Source: an uncultured virus (IMG/VR IMGVR_UViG_2061766007_004303)
Taxonomy: Duplodnaviria; Heunggongvirae; Uroviricota; Caudoviricetes
DNA length: 28,511 nt
Direction: 5' to 3' (one strand)
IMG/VR virus record: IMGVR_UViG_2061766007_004303
This document shows positions 1 to 10,226 of this stretch, piece by piece. The notes beneath the pieces are model-generated. The model was not told the DNA's origin and did not search any database. It saw nothing but the letters and a program-made list of their open reading frames with translations. Each line of letters opens with the position of its first letter. The stretch's first letter is position 1. A program made the translations under genes and the position numbers.

Positions 1-2
1 GC

Positions 3-731
3 AGGGAATACTGGATCGGCGAAACGGAAGTTACGCAGGAGCAGTGGGAAGCCGTCATGGGCAAGGACTCCGCCGGGAACTGCCTTTTCTCCAAACACCC
101 GAAAGTCCCCGTGGTCTATATTTCCTACGACGACGCGCTGGTGTTTTGCGGCAAGCTGAACGACCTGACCGCGCGGCCAGACGGATTCTCCTTCACTCTG
201 CCGACCAATGTCCAGTGGGAATATGCGTGCCGGGCGGGAACGACCACACATTACAACAACGGAAAAGATCAATACCGTGTAAAAACGGACAAGGTGACGG
301 AGTTTTTGTATGAAGCCGCCTATGATTACCCGCCCCACGACCCCGATTTGGACGAAATCGCCTGGTATTATCAGCTGGACGCACCCCGTCCGGTTGCGCT
401 GAAAAAGCCGAANNNNNNNNNNNNNNNNNNNNNNNNNNNNNNNNNNNNNNAAATGGACAGTGCGGAATCTGACTATTTCGTCGATCCGTTCTTTGAACTT
501 GGTTATGTAATCCGGGCGGGGAAAGCAACGCATGAAAAGAAAGTCGAGCGTCGTGGCGGCAGTTTCTGCAGCAATGCGGTCGAATGTGCGGCGGGTTACT
601 GGAACCTCGGGATCGGTGAAACCCAGACGGAACCGGATACCGGATTCCGAATCGTTCTGTCGACCGAACAGAAGTTCGTAAAAGGTTCTGTTGATTGGGA
701 AGAAAAGTTTTCCAAACAGCAGGACGAATAA
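3..731 (+). CDS. Formylglycine-generating-enzyme (FGE-sulfatase/SUMF1) family protein, 5'-truncated by the window edge
   Basis: The frame is open from base 3: REYWIGETEVTQEQWEAVMG...PVVYISYDDALVFCGKLN...LPTNVQWEYACRAGT...RGGSF...TGFRIV. These are the characteristic FGE-sulfatase motifs. An N-gap lies at 413-450. Confidence 0.9.
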   Translation, partial: REYWIGETEVTQEQWEAVMGKDSAGNCLFSKHPKVPVVYISYDDALVFCGKLNDLTARPDGFSFTLPTNVQWEYACRAGTTTHYNNGKDQYRVKTDKVTEFLYEAAYDYPPHDPDLDEIAWYYQLDAPRPVALKKPXXXXXXXXXXXXXXMDSAESDYFVDPFFELGYVIRAGKATHEKKVERRGGSFCSNAVECAAGYWNLGIGETQTEPDTGFRIVLSTEQKFVKGSVDWEEKFSKQQDE

Positions 732-1391
732 TCCCGCTCTGCATCAATTAGTCCTCCCCCCTGTCCGGCAGGCTCCGGGCAGGAAGTCAGCGGTTGAGCA
801 GGAGAAGTGTGGTGGTGTCGGGGTTAGTCGGCTGGGGGTGGTGAGGGGATGTTTATTCATCNNNNNNNNNNNNNNNNNNNNNNNNNNNNNNNNNNNNNNN
901 NNNNNNNNNNNNNNNNNNNNNNNNNNNNNNNNNNNNNNNNNNNNNNNNNNNNNNNNNNNNNNNNNNNNNNNNNNNNNNNNNNNNNNNNNNNNNNNCTTGT
1001 ATAACATTTCAAACGCTTCGTCTCCCTCGCCGAAATGCTCCAGCGCATATTTCGTCCGGCGNNNNNNNNNNATCCGGGTTATGCGTTCGGATAATCTCCA
1101 GAGCTCCTTTGATCATATGCCCNNNNNNNNNNAAACTGTCTGTATCGGTCAGCGGTTCAATCTTTTCTCCTCGCTATTAACAAGGAGAGTTAGGAAATCA
1201 GAGGAAAAAAGAAAAAGACAGTCTTTTGAGGTTGTTTCCGGTGCTGTCCATTTTCGCGTTTCTGGCATGCCGGTAGTGGCCTTTACACGGGAGACCACAG
1301 TTTAGGTTATTCCTGATAATTCCAAGACAGCGACCTTCAAAACAACGTCCGCCCCTGTGTTGTCCTTGACGTTTTTCGTCAGAGGAATCTG

Positions 1392-3101
1392 CTACATGGA
1401 ATCATTCCCGATTTTTAGCACGGGGAAACCATCCGTGAGGGGATGTGACGTATGCCGGATCATGAGGACAGTACGGTCGTGGAAGACACGCAGAACGGCC
1501 TCCAGAAATAACGATTCGTTGTCGATATCAAGGTGAGCAGTGGCTTCGTCGAGGAGCAGGATGCGTGTGCCGCGAAGGAGTTCGCGAGCGAGTGCGAAGC
1601 GAAGGCGTTCACCCGAAGAAAAGTTTCGTGCGGATTCTGTGAGCTCTGTGTCGAGTTTACGCGGAAGCGTGTGGACGACGGCATCCGCTCCGGCGTCGGC
1701 GAGTGCAGTGAAAATGGCGTCGTCGGAGGGCGTTTCGCGGCATCCGAGCGTGAGGTTGGCGCGGAGAGAGGATGGGATAAACTCGGGGAACGGGCCGAGA
1801 TATCCGATCTGACGGCGGAGTGCACGGACATTGTAGTCGTCGATAGGGCGACCGTCGAACAGGATGGAACCGGAAACGGGCTTATAGAATCCGAGGAGGA
1901 GTGCGAAGAGGGTGCTTTTGCCGGAGCCGGAGGGGCCGGAGACGAGGAGCTTCGCGCCTGGTTCGAGCACGAGGTCGATGCCGTCCAGTACGGTGTGGCC
2001 GGGATGATATGCGAAGATGAGTTTTTTTAGTTCGATGGATCCTTTCAGCTCGAAATCTTCGATGCCGGAGTCGAGTCGAGGTTCGCGTGTAGCGTTCTGG
2101 AGTTCGATGAGGCGTGCGGCGGATGCGAGTGCGGATTGTGTAAGCGGGAACGCGCTACAGAGCTGGCTGACGGGGTGGAAGACGTTCATAAGGTAGCAGT
2201 TCAACGCCCAGAGCGAACCGAGAGACCACTGCCCCTTCAGGATGAGGTGGATGCCGACTGAGACGAGGACGCCCTGACAGACGAGCGGGATGAGCCCGGT
2301 AAGGAAGAGGAAGGTGTTTGCAAGCTTGACCGCACGCAGGCGGAAGAGGGTTTCGCGTGCGAATCCTGTGCGGATGGCCCCGCCCACGCGTTCTTCGGCG
2401 GCACTGGACTTCACGAGATCGATGCTTCCGAGCGAGGAAGCGAGCATGCGTTGGTTTCGGGCGTTGAGTTCGCTGATTTCGCGGGAGACGGCGTAGTGCT
2501 GTCCGCGGAACTTGTAGAGCAGGATCGCATAACAGGGGAACACGAGGAGGACAGCGAGCCCGGTGCGAGGGCTGAGGAGGAAGAGGAAGACGAGGCCGCC
2601 CGCGACTTTCAGGAGGTTTGCGAGAACAGTGAAGAGCGTGTTGGAGAAGAAGATCTGAAGCTGGGTGACGTCGTTCGCGAGGCGACCGGCAAGATAGCCG
2701 CCGCCGAGCTGATCGAGCAGACCGGGCGGCAGGTCGAGCAGACGGTCCGTGATGCGTGATTTGAGGCGGAACATGACCTTGTGGACTGTGGAGTTCACGA
2801 CGCGCTGGCGGAGAAGTGCCTCCGAGCGGACCAGCAACATCAGAAGTCCCGCAACAACGAAGAGATACCAGATGCCGTCTGCTTCGCGTCCGGTCAGGGC
2901 GTTGATGAGGCGTTTCTGGATGATCGGGAGGACATAGCCGGCTGCCGTGACGAGCAGGACACCCGCAAGGACTCCAACGTACACCCAGCGCCACGGATGG
3001 ACTGCACGCAAAAAGAAACGCACGAATACAGAGATCTGAGGCCCGGAAGAGTCCTGCGAAACGATTTGATTGTCGTTTCGGGCTAGTGCTTTCAGTTCCA
3101 T
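1392..3101 (-). CDS. ABC exporter (fused TMD + NBD), no C39 peptidase domain
   Basis: About 6 hydrophobic segments are followed by Walker A GPSGSGKS, a variant signature FSSGE, Walker B LLLDEATAHLD and an H-loop. It starts 8 nt after the nucleotidyltransferase stop. Confidence 0.93.
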   Translation of the reverse strand: MELKALARNDNQIVSQDSSGPQISVFVRFFLRAVHPWRWVYVGVLAGVLLVTAAGYVLPIIQKRLINALTGREADGIWYLFVVAGLLMLLVRSEALLRQRVVNSTVHKVMFRLKSRITDRLLDLPPGLLDQLGGGYLAGRLANDVTQLQIFFSNTLFTVLANLLKVAGGLVFLFLLSPRTGLAVLLVFPCYAILLYKFRGQHYAVSREISELNARNQRMLASSLGSIDLVKSSAAEERVGGAIRTGFARETLFRLRAVKLANTFLFLTGLIPLVCQGVLVSVGIHLILKGQWSLGSLWALNCYLMNVFHPVSQLCSAFPLTQSALASAARLIELQNATREPRLDSGIEDFELKGSIELKKLIFAYHPGHTVLDGIDLVLEPGAKLLVSGPSGSGKSTLFALLLGFYKPVSGSILFDGRPIDDYNVRALRRQIGYLGPFPEFIPSSLRANLTLGCRETPSDDAIFTALADAGADAVVHTLPRKLDTELTESARNFSSGERLRFALARELLRGTRILLLDEATAHLDIDNESLFLEAVLRVFHDRTVLMIRHTSHPLTDGFPVLKIGNDSM

Positions 3102-3109
3102 GCGGCAGA

Positions 3110-4292
3110 TTATTTGATGCGGGATGGTGTCGAATCTACGGATTCAACAAGGGCAGTGTATTTTTTCAGGTTAGGATTCCATCGAAGGAACGAGGAAACA
3201 GCACGACATCCCCGCGTCCAGAACCAGCAGACATATCCCCACATGACGCGTCCCCATGCACCATGTTTCGGCAAGTAATAGATTCGCCGTATCATGTCCG
3301 GGTTATGCGTTCGGATAATCTCCAGAGCTCCTTTGATCATATGCCCCTGGGCTTCATGCCTGCTCAGGGAAAGCGATACATTTTCCGGTTCGCCGAGTTT
3401 GCCGCGCAGTTCGAAGATCCGGCGGAAATCAGCTGCTTTTTTCTGGTCTGCCTTGAAATCCGCAATCACATCCGCAGGGAAAAATTCAGGGAATGCCGCC
3501 AGCAAATCTCCCGGATACGGCAAATGCCAACGGATCGCCATATTACGAAGTTCCGNNNNNNNNNNGTATGATCACCGCAGCATCGGTAAGCAGTTTTGGA
3601 ATATGAGCGTGATAATACGATTGCGATGCGGCATGACGGGTGAGCATGAGCAGGTTCATTTCCGGAGACAGCACACGTTGACCGTCTCCGGCGGGATACT
3701 CCATCGTATGGTCCCACATCTCGTGCAAATCTACGTCGTTGAAGTTCGCCAACGTGAAATGAGGCTCGACCGTGTACTGACCTCGTACATGCGGAGAAAA
3801 ATGGTGTTTCGCTGTTTTGAATGCGGCTTCATTGGCGTCCGAATAATGCTCCGGTACTTTCCATCCGTCTTCCGCCAGTACAGCGAGCGCACGTTCACAA
3901 TCATCCGGATGAAACCAGATGTCCCAGTCGTTAAACACGCGCAATGCGGTGTCCGGGTATAAGCGATAAGCCAGGTCCGCACCTTTGATCGGCGCGAACC
4001 TCAGCCCCTGCGCGGCAAGCATACGATAGAGACGTTTCAGTTCTTGTTCTCCAAGGATCGCTTTCGCCTGATGCGCCTGATAGTTTTTCCGGTATTCCAC
4101 TTGCTCCGACTTCGGCAGGACATCGTACAGATACCGATAGAACCATGCCGTCAGACCGAAGTTTCTTACATCGGCTTCCAGTTCGACGCATCGAAACTTG
4201 TTCTGACTGCTATAATACTTCTTAGCATCACCGAAGATACAGGCGCCAAGAAACTGTAACAATGAAGTCGGAATTCCGTAATCGTAGCTCAT
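3110..4292 (-). CDS. Nucleotidyltransferase family protein (NTP_transf_5-like, the type found in lasso/RiPP clusters)
   Basis: Motif IKGADLAYRLYPDTALRVFNDWDIW matches LKG..L...Y.....R...DxD, with VEPHF and LTRHAASQ downstream. The two ORF-track pieces (3543-4292 and 3110-3541) are split only by the N-gap at 3556-3566. The start overlaps the peptidase stop (ATGA). Confidence 0.85.
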
Positions 4293-4903
4293 AGCTCACT
4301 TCCTTCTTTCATCTTGATCTCCTCGGAACACTCGGATTCCATGTCCGACATTTGAGCCGGAATCCTGAAAAAAAGACGTTNNNNNNNNNNNNNNNNNNNN
4401 NNNNNNNNNNNNNNNNNNNNNNNNNNNNNNNACTGTACAGTCCCATCGCGGAATCTCGTTTCTTTTCGGGCCGGGATTCGTAGAATTCCCAGCTTCCGGA
4501 AAAACGGAAACAGATTTCCGGCTGTTCTTTTGAACCGGAGAATCCGCTGCTGGCGATAAAAACGCCTCATCCCGTAGTATCCGCCGTCCACCTGAAGGAC
4601 GACCTTCGGTGATTCGCCGGGAATCATTGCCTCCACGATCATGAACTTGCTTTTTCTTGTCAGTTTCATCTCGTCCGACTGGGGGTTGTTGTCCCCCATA
4701 GTGACTGCATAATCCGGGGTTTTATCGATGATACGATGAACATAGTGAGGTGTACGGTCGAATACGGCTACGATGTCGCCGCATTCCAGCATGCCGAACG
4801 AAATACTGCTCAGAAGCAGGATATCTCCGTGCTTGAACATTCCGCGCATACTGTTCCCGGTATAGTATGCCTTGGTGAAGTCGTCCAGTTCACTCATCAA
4901 CAT
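4289..4903 (-). CDS. S24/S26 signal-peptidase-like protein, soluble Ser/His type
   Basis: YTGNSMRGMFKHGD (catalytic Ser box), GDIVAV, YVHRII and TMGDNN. No N-terminal TM helix. N-gap at 4381-4431. Confidence 0.85.
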   Translation of the reverse strand: MLMSELDDFTKAYYTGNSMRGMFKHGDILLLSSISFGMLECGDIVAVFDRTPHYVHRIIDKTPDYAVTMGDNNPQSDEMKLTRKSKFMIVEAMIPGESPKVVLQVDGGYYGMRRFYRQQRILRFKRTAGNLFPFFRKLGILRIPARKETRFRDGTVQXXXXXXXXXXXXXXXXXXRLFFRIPAQMSDMESECSEEIKMKEGSEL

Positions 4904-4907
4904 GGTA

Positions 4908-4952
4908 TCATTCCTCGGATAGTAACGACCTGGCTCGAAGGTCTTCCAGAAA
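4908..4952 (-). pseudogene. Remnant 3' end of a second pqqD/RRE gene
   Basis: Translates to FLEDLRARSLLSEE*, against FLEDLQARSLLSEE* at the end of 7422-7682. Identity is 36/45 nt and the differences are almost all synonymous. It contains the GAGGA RBS used by the peptidase gene. Confidence 0.8.
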
Positions 4953-4995
4953 CCCGGATATTAAAGAAAAAGTGCAACATGATAAATCATCTCCC

Positions 4996-7352
4996 TCATA
5001 CTTGCAAGCTCGCAAGAAGTCCGTTGTCGGATTCCTCGAATACCAGCTCTGAGCTGAACCCGAGGAACGCGCCCATACCGGACAGCAAGTCGAACTGTTC
5101 CTTGTCCCCGGGGCTGTTTTCACCGAACTTCAGCGTGATCCTGTCTGCCGTTACTCCGGTGACCGTAACACTGTTGTCGCCGTCCGTGTAGGTAAGCAAT
5201 TCAGCATTCCAGTTCGATTCATCACCGCTGGTGAACCAGAGCGTGACGGAGCCAGTCGCGAGCTGTTCCACGGTATCCGTTCCCCAGTTCTCGCAGAACG
5301 TAAACATATCATCCCCACCACCACCGTGCATACGGTCGTTGCCGATGCCACCCGCAATCACGTCGTTGCCGGACGCACCAACAATACGGTCATCTCCTGC
5401 GTCGCCGAACAGCTTATTCTCGCTTTTGTTCGCCCAAAGCGTATCGTTGCCTGCGCCGCCGCGGATCGTCAGGCCATTGCCAACGTATTCAAAGCGCTGG
5501 CTGGTCATATCTACGATGTCATCTCCGGCACCGCAGCGGATTTCGTTAATCCGGGCAATACGTGACTGCTGTGTTTTGATTTCCTCCGGCAATTCCGTAA
5601 ACTCGTCGTCCACGAATATCGCGTCTCCGTTTTCATCATCGGTCAGGCACAGGATATTGGCGTCGTCCGAGCCGAAGAAGAAGCTCTTGATCCGGTTCCT
5701 TCCGTCTGCGGAAACGATCTCGTTCGTTCCAGTCCAATCGTCAATGGAGCCAACGTGCTGGGCATAATACCCGACCTCCCAGTTCTCGTCCGCCGTTGCG
5801 AAGAAAATGTCCCCATCCCCGTCTGAATTGGACTGCAGCACCTTCGGCTCGCCGGGAATGTCGTCGGAATGGATCTCGTTTCCCTCCACCCATTGGTCGC
5901 TGTCTTCGATTCGGACACGCCACTGGTACGTGCCGGCAGGCAGTGCCAGCATATCCAGGGCGTTTGTGGCTGTCGTGACCTGAATGCCGTGCAGGAAGCT
6001 GTCCACGCTGTATTCCACCACGCATCGTCCCGCTTCGGCCGTTTTCCAGCTCACTCGATCCTTCGTACCCATCAATTCCTCCGGTACAGGACTCGGCGTC
6101 TTCACCTCAAGCGTCAGGGAGGAACCGCTCAGGTTCAACGTGAAGTCTTCGTCTCCGATTCTGATCGTGTCGCCGACCATCAGCGTGCCGAGGATGCCTC
6201 CGGATGTGTTCACCACGGAAATCGTATCTTTGAACTCATCCGCACCGCCCGCGAGTGAATAGACGCCCGCTTCCGCAGAATCGGCNNNNNNNNNNNNNNN
6301 NNNNNNNNNNNGGAAAGATCATTCACCAGCACTTCCGCACCCGCGGAGGTCTGCGTTAAATCGAAGTCCAGGGTTGCGCCGTTGCAGGCAGAAACGGATG
6401 CACCGGATTCAAACATCATTGTTCCGGCCAATCTGCCTCCACTGGAGATGCAAACAAAACCGCCGGAATTAGCGGTGATGCCATGCACTGTACCCAGTGC
6501 CTCAAATTGGCCGTCGGAGTTGACTACTGTATTATTTGCCCTGCCACCTTTATAAATATAAAAAGAGCCATCAGCATTGACAGTCGTATTGTTTGCCACG
6601 CCGTCTTTGCGGATATCCATACTGCCACTGGTCATAACGGTGTTGTTCGCTATGCCGCCACTGGAAACAAAAAGAAAGCCATCAGCTTTGACGGTCGTAT
6701 TGTTTGCCACGCCGCCATAACGAAGATCAACACAGGCATTGGAATTGACCTCAGCGAGATTTGCCGTACCGCCGTTGCGGACAATAACAATACTGAAGCT
6801 GTTGACTGTAACGATGTTCGCAATGCCGTCGCTGGAAACCCAGACTTCCCCGCCTGAGTTGACCGTGGTGTCGTTCAGTATGCCATGAACATCCAGACGA
6901 CCGTCGGAGTTGACGATCGTGTTGTTTACTTTGCCGGAGGTGTAGACATAGAGTTCCCCTTCGGCATTGACCGTAGCATTGTTTACCTCGCCGCCGTCAT
7001 ATACATCAAGGTTGCCGCCGGCGTTAATGATGACGTTATTCGCCGTGCCGCCACTGGAAACAAAGAGAATGCCCTCGGCTTTGACTGCAGCGGCAGACGC
7101 GATGCCGGTGGAACTGATGTACATACGGCCGCCAGAATTGAGAACCGTGTTGTAGGCCGTGCCACCTGAATGAATAAAAACAGTTCCACTTTCGTTGACC
7201 TCGGTATAGTCTGCTGTACCGTAGACTTGGACCATACCATCCTTGTTGACTGCAGTCTTGGTCACGATACCACCGCTGCATATGATCAGGGAATCATTTT
7301 CGAGGATGATTCCGTCGGAAGAGTCTCCGCTGGAAATAATGTATTCAGCCAT
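4996..7352 (-). CDS. AIDA-type beta-helix repeat protein with C-terminal RTX Ca-binding repeats (~780 aa, secreted)
   Basis: The N-half has ~19-aa VSSGG.ANNT.VN..G repeats. The C-half has GGAGNDTL, GDAGDDRI, ASGNDVI, GIGNDRM and GGGDDMF nonapeptides. The two ORFs are joined across the N-gap at 6286-6311. No signal peptide. Confidence 0.85.
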
Positions 7353-7421
7353 TTTGAGGCAACTTTTCTTGTGTGTTATTTCTATTTGAACTTAGTAATT
7401 GTCCAGTCATCCCTCAAATAA

Positions 7422-7682
7422 TCATTCCTCGGACAATAACGACCGCGCTTGGAGATCTTCTAAAAAAGCTTTCACGTCGGCTGCGGCCTGTTCTTTCGTC
7501 ACACCGGAAAACCTTTCGACCAAACCGGCGATCATTTCCGACTCGCTGGTTCCTTCTTTCACGCAGCTCCACAGGTAGACCCCGGTTTTATTGATCGACA
7601 TTGCCGCGTTGGTGTTCGGGTCGAAGACCAGGCCGGTTCCGTCGAATTGTTCGGCCATAATTGCAAATGGATTCAGTTTCAT
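7422..7682 (-). CDS. PqqD-family RiPP recognition element (ScmD-like)
   Basis: 86 aa, LNP...EQFDGTGLVFDPNTNAAMSINKTGVYLW...G.SESEMIAGLVERFSGVTKEQAAADVKAFLEDL. This is the typical PqqD pattern (N.TG..LW; DV..FL..L). Confidence 0.92.
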   Translation of the reverse strand: MKLNPFAIMAEQFDGTGLVFDPNTNAAMSINKTGVYLWSCVKEGTSESEMIAGLVERFSGVTKEQAAADVKAFLEDLQARSLLSEE

Positions 7683-7695
7683 ATTCAGCGTCCTT

Positions 7696-8695
7696 TTATG
7701 TGTTTGTTATCGTTGTTTTGTTGTTGCGAAGCTTCCTGTTTTCTTCGGCCAGTTTTGTTACCATGCCGTACCGGTTTCCGCTCGGCACATCAAGCAGCCC
7801 GGTTCCCTTGATAAAATCGTAGATCAATTCGCTCCCCCAGTGTTCCACCGCCAGACGAATCGTGTCCTCTGTGATTTCCGGCAGCCCCATCAATTTGTCC
7901 AGCACTCCGCATCTCAATACGATGCCGATGGAGTCCACCAGGAACTGGCGGGCGGCGTATTCATGCCGGTCACGCAGGAACTCTTCGATCAACGGCAGGA
8001 TCTCGCTTGTCGAGCACATCTGCTCGAATTGCCTCGCCGTAGGGGGCGATGAAAACACCCCGGCTCCGAGGAACCGGTATTCATAGTACGGACCCTCCAC
8101 CACGCTCCGGAACGTCTTTGCATAGTACAGAAGGAAAAACGTAATGTACAGGTCCGTGAATTGTTTGAGCTCAATATCGGGCATGCTTTCCGCCGCTGTA
8201 CGGCAAATGTTCCCCCGGTAGATCTTCGTATAAACGTTGTGCGGGAACCGGTGCATACAGAAGCAGTCGTACAGGATCTTTTCCCCGGACGATTCCATCG
8301 GCCGGCATTGCAGAGACTTCATGAATGCGTCGATGTTTGCCCCTTTCTGGTGTTTCACGCGAATCGCGAACTGAAGGATATCCACATCGTACTCTTCGAT
8401 CAGCCGTACCGCGTTCTCGCATGCTCCGGGCAGCAGAATATCGTCCGAATCCACGAACATCACATACTCCCCGTTCGCCTCAAGCAACCCCATTTTTATC
8501 GCCAGGACGATTCCGCGGTTCTTCTCGAAGCCGTAAAGACGCAGACGATTGNNNNNNNNNNNNNNNNNNNNNNNNNTCATTGAGGCAAAGCACCTCGATT
8601 TCGCGCAGGGACTGCGTTAAAACCGATTCCAGGCATTCCCGCACAGTCTTTTCGCCGTTGTACACGGGGATGATGATCGATACTTTCGGCTTCAT
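7696..8695 (-). CDS. Family 2 glycosyltransferase
   Basis: MKPKVSIIIPVYNGEKTVRECLESVLTQSLREIEVLCLN, then (after the N-gap at 8552-8576) NRG...GEYVMFVDSDD (DxD). The ATG at 8693-8695 overlaps the kinase stop (ATGA). Confidence 0.92.
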
Positions 8696-9357
8696 CGTGT
8701 CTCCAGGCTTTCCAGATAAGTTTCGATCACGTGGATCGGATTCCCCTCCAGCACGGTCAGCAGTGCGCGAGGCGGGAACATACCTGTGATGATTTCCGTC
8801 TGGGTTCGGAGGATCTTCGTCAGGCGCTCTTTCATGCCTCCGGGAAGAGCATTTGCCGCTGATATGAACCAGTAGAACATGGACCGGTAGCACTGGGCAA
8901 AGAACTGGGCATCCTGAATCGGGACGATCTCGTCAAGCCCGGATTCGCTTCGCCCAAGAGCGAGCACTCCGGCAAGCGGGATTTCCTCGCCGGATGGATA
9001 GTTCCATTCGTTCCGGCCCTCCCTGCATACGCTCCACGTCNNNNNNNNNNNNNNNNNNNNNNNNNNNNNNNNNNNNNNNNNNNNNNNNNNNNNNNNNNNN
9101 NNNNNNNNNNNNNNNNNNNNNNNNNNNNNNNNNNNNNNNNNNNNNNNNNNNNNNNNNNNNNNNNNNNNNNNNNNNCCGTCTCCAGCGTCGCACAATGGAC
9201 CAGGAGCGCTTTCCCGCCGTGCAGGATCGAATTCAAACAGGCGAAGATCAGTGTCGCCTGCCAGACATAATTCCGGTAATAAACCGGAGTTCGAGGCTCC
9301 CGTTTCCAGCCGGCGATCAGGACCTGGTTCCAATCCTTTGCGTATGCAATTTCCGTC
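8692..9357 (-). CDS. HprK-related/ScmC-like P-loop kinase, paralog 2 (5' end hidden in an N-gap)
   Basis: Reading 9356 downwards gives ...YVWQATLIFACLNSILHGGKALLVHCATLET[gap]TWSVCREGRNEWNYPSGEEIPLAGVLALGRSESGLDEI...QCYRSMFYW. It is clearly paralogous to, but different from, 9368-10092. Confidence 0.75.
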   Translation of the reverse strand, partial: DGNCIRKGLEPGPDRRLETGASNSGLLPELCLAGDTDLRLFEFDPARRESAPGPLCDAGDXXXXXXXXXXXXXXXXXXXXXXXXXXXXXXXXXXXXXXXXXXXXXXTWSVCREGRNEWNYPSGEEIPLAGVLALGRSESGLDEIVPIQDAQFFAQCYRSMFYWFISAANALPGGMKERLTKILRTQTEIITGMFPPRALLTVLEGNPIHVIETYLESLETR

Positions 9358-9367
9358 NNNNNNNNNN

Positions 9368-10092
9368 TTCCAGAAGAACATCGACCGGTAGCACTGCGCG
9401 AAATACTGCGCCGCGCTCAGCTCCACGATCTCGTCCCGCCCCGTTTCGCTGCGCCCCAGAGCCAGGACGCCGATCAACGGCAGTTCTTCCCCCGAGATGT
9501 AAATCCATTCATTTTTTCCCTCCTTGCAGGCGCTCCACGTCGGCATCCGACGTACATACACCGTTTCCCCTCCGGTGAAATCCAGCAGCGCCATGTCGTC
9601 TGAAATACATTTCCCTCCTTGTGCACGCCATCGCGCCGATGCCGTGCTTTTCCCCATGCCGCTTTCCCCGAACAGCAATACCACCCCTCGTTCCGTTTCC
9701 AATGCCGCACAATGCACCAGCACCGCCTCCGCCCCGCGAAGGATCGCGTTCTCCCCGGCCAGGATCAAGCCTGTCTGCCACGAATACAGTGCGTACTTCC
9801 GGGCGTCGCGCGGCCGGACCTCGCGGCAGCGGAGCAGAAGGTGTCCCCGGTCCGGCGGCAGCCCCATGCTTGTGGTTTTTGCCAGCTGGTGCCATTCGAC
9901 CCCGTCCGGAGCATTTCCAGGCAGGACCAGTTCCGCGTCCGGGATCCCGGATGCGATATCATCCATTTCTTCCGTTTCCAAACCGAGAAGCGTCCCGAAT
10001 TCCGCGAACGGCAGGTCTGCCTCCGGGCAATGCGTCTGCACGCGGATGGCGTCATGATTGTGGAGGCGGATCGTGATTTGTCGGGTATACAT
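9368..10092 (-). CDS. HprK-related/ScmC-like P-loop kinase, paralog 1 (3' end hidden in an N-gap)
   Basis: LVHCAALETERGVVLLFGESGMGKST (H-x-A plus Walker A), ISDDMALL (DD motif) and MPTWS. The likely start is ATG 10092, because the TTG at 10179 lies inside a terminator hairpin. Confidence 0.82.
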
Positions 10093-10138
10093 AGGCTGGT
10101 GAAAGAATTGTCTTGTCTTCTCGAAAATGCTCGGGGGT

Positions 10139-10181
10139 AAAAAGAATGTTTGCACTGCGACGTTTCCCTCGCAGTGCAAAC
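10139..10181 (-). terminator. Rho-independent terminator/attenuator after the precursor peptide gene
   Basis: Perfect 13-bp stem GTTTGCACTGCGA / TCGCAGTGCAAAC (10148-10160, 10169-10181) with an 8-nt loop, followed on the minus strand by ATTCTTTTT. A second imperfect hairpin lies at ~10185-10208. Confidence 0.75.
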
Positions 10182-10226
10182 GGATTACTTGTGATGAATC
10201 ACAGGTAAGTACTGATGAGACGGATA

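Noticed and set aside
3..731. FGE-sulfatase (CLec-fold) gene as a diversity-generating retroelement target
   Set aside because: No reverse transcriptase and no template repeat differing at adenines was seen in the window.
1073..1122. 50-bp exact copy of 3297-3346 (nucleotidyltransferase gene)
   Set aside because: It is a tiny island between two N-gaps and is 100% identical, so it is most likely a scaffolding artefact rather than a biological repeat.
732..1391. ORFs 691-1305, 744-1007 and 857-1048
   Set aside because: They are stitched across N-gaps from unrelated fragments and give no supportable product.
4908..5123. 71-aa ORF as a real gene
   Set aside because: It overlaps the AIDA/RTX 3' end out of frame. 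Only its last 14 codons are meaningful, as the pqqD remnant.
3110..8695. Apparent frameshifts or pseudogenes in the NTase, AIDA/RTX and GT2 genes
   Set aside because: Every frame change coincides with an N-gap of estimated length.
8692..10179. Single 495-aa kinase ORF as listed in the track
   Set aside because: It reads through N-gaps in a partly wrong frame. The repeated motifs show two paralogs, and the TTG start lies in the terminator hairpin.
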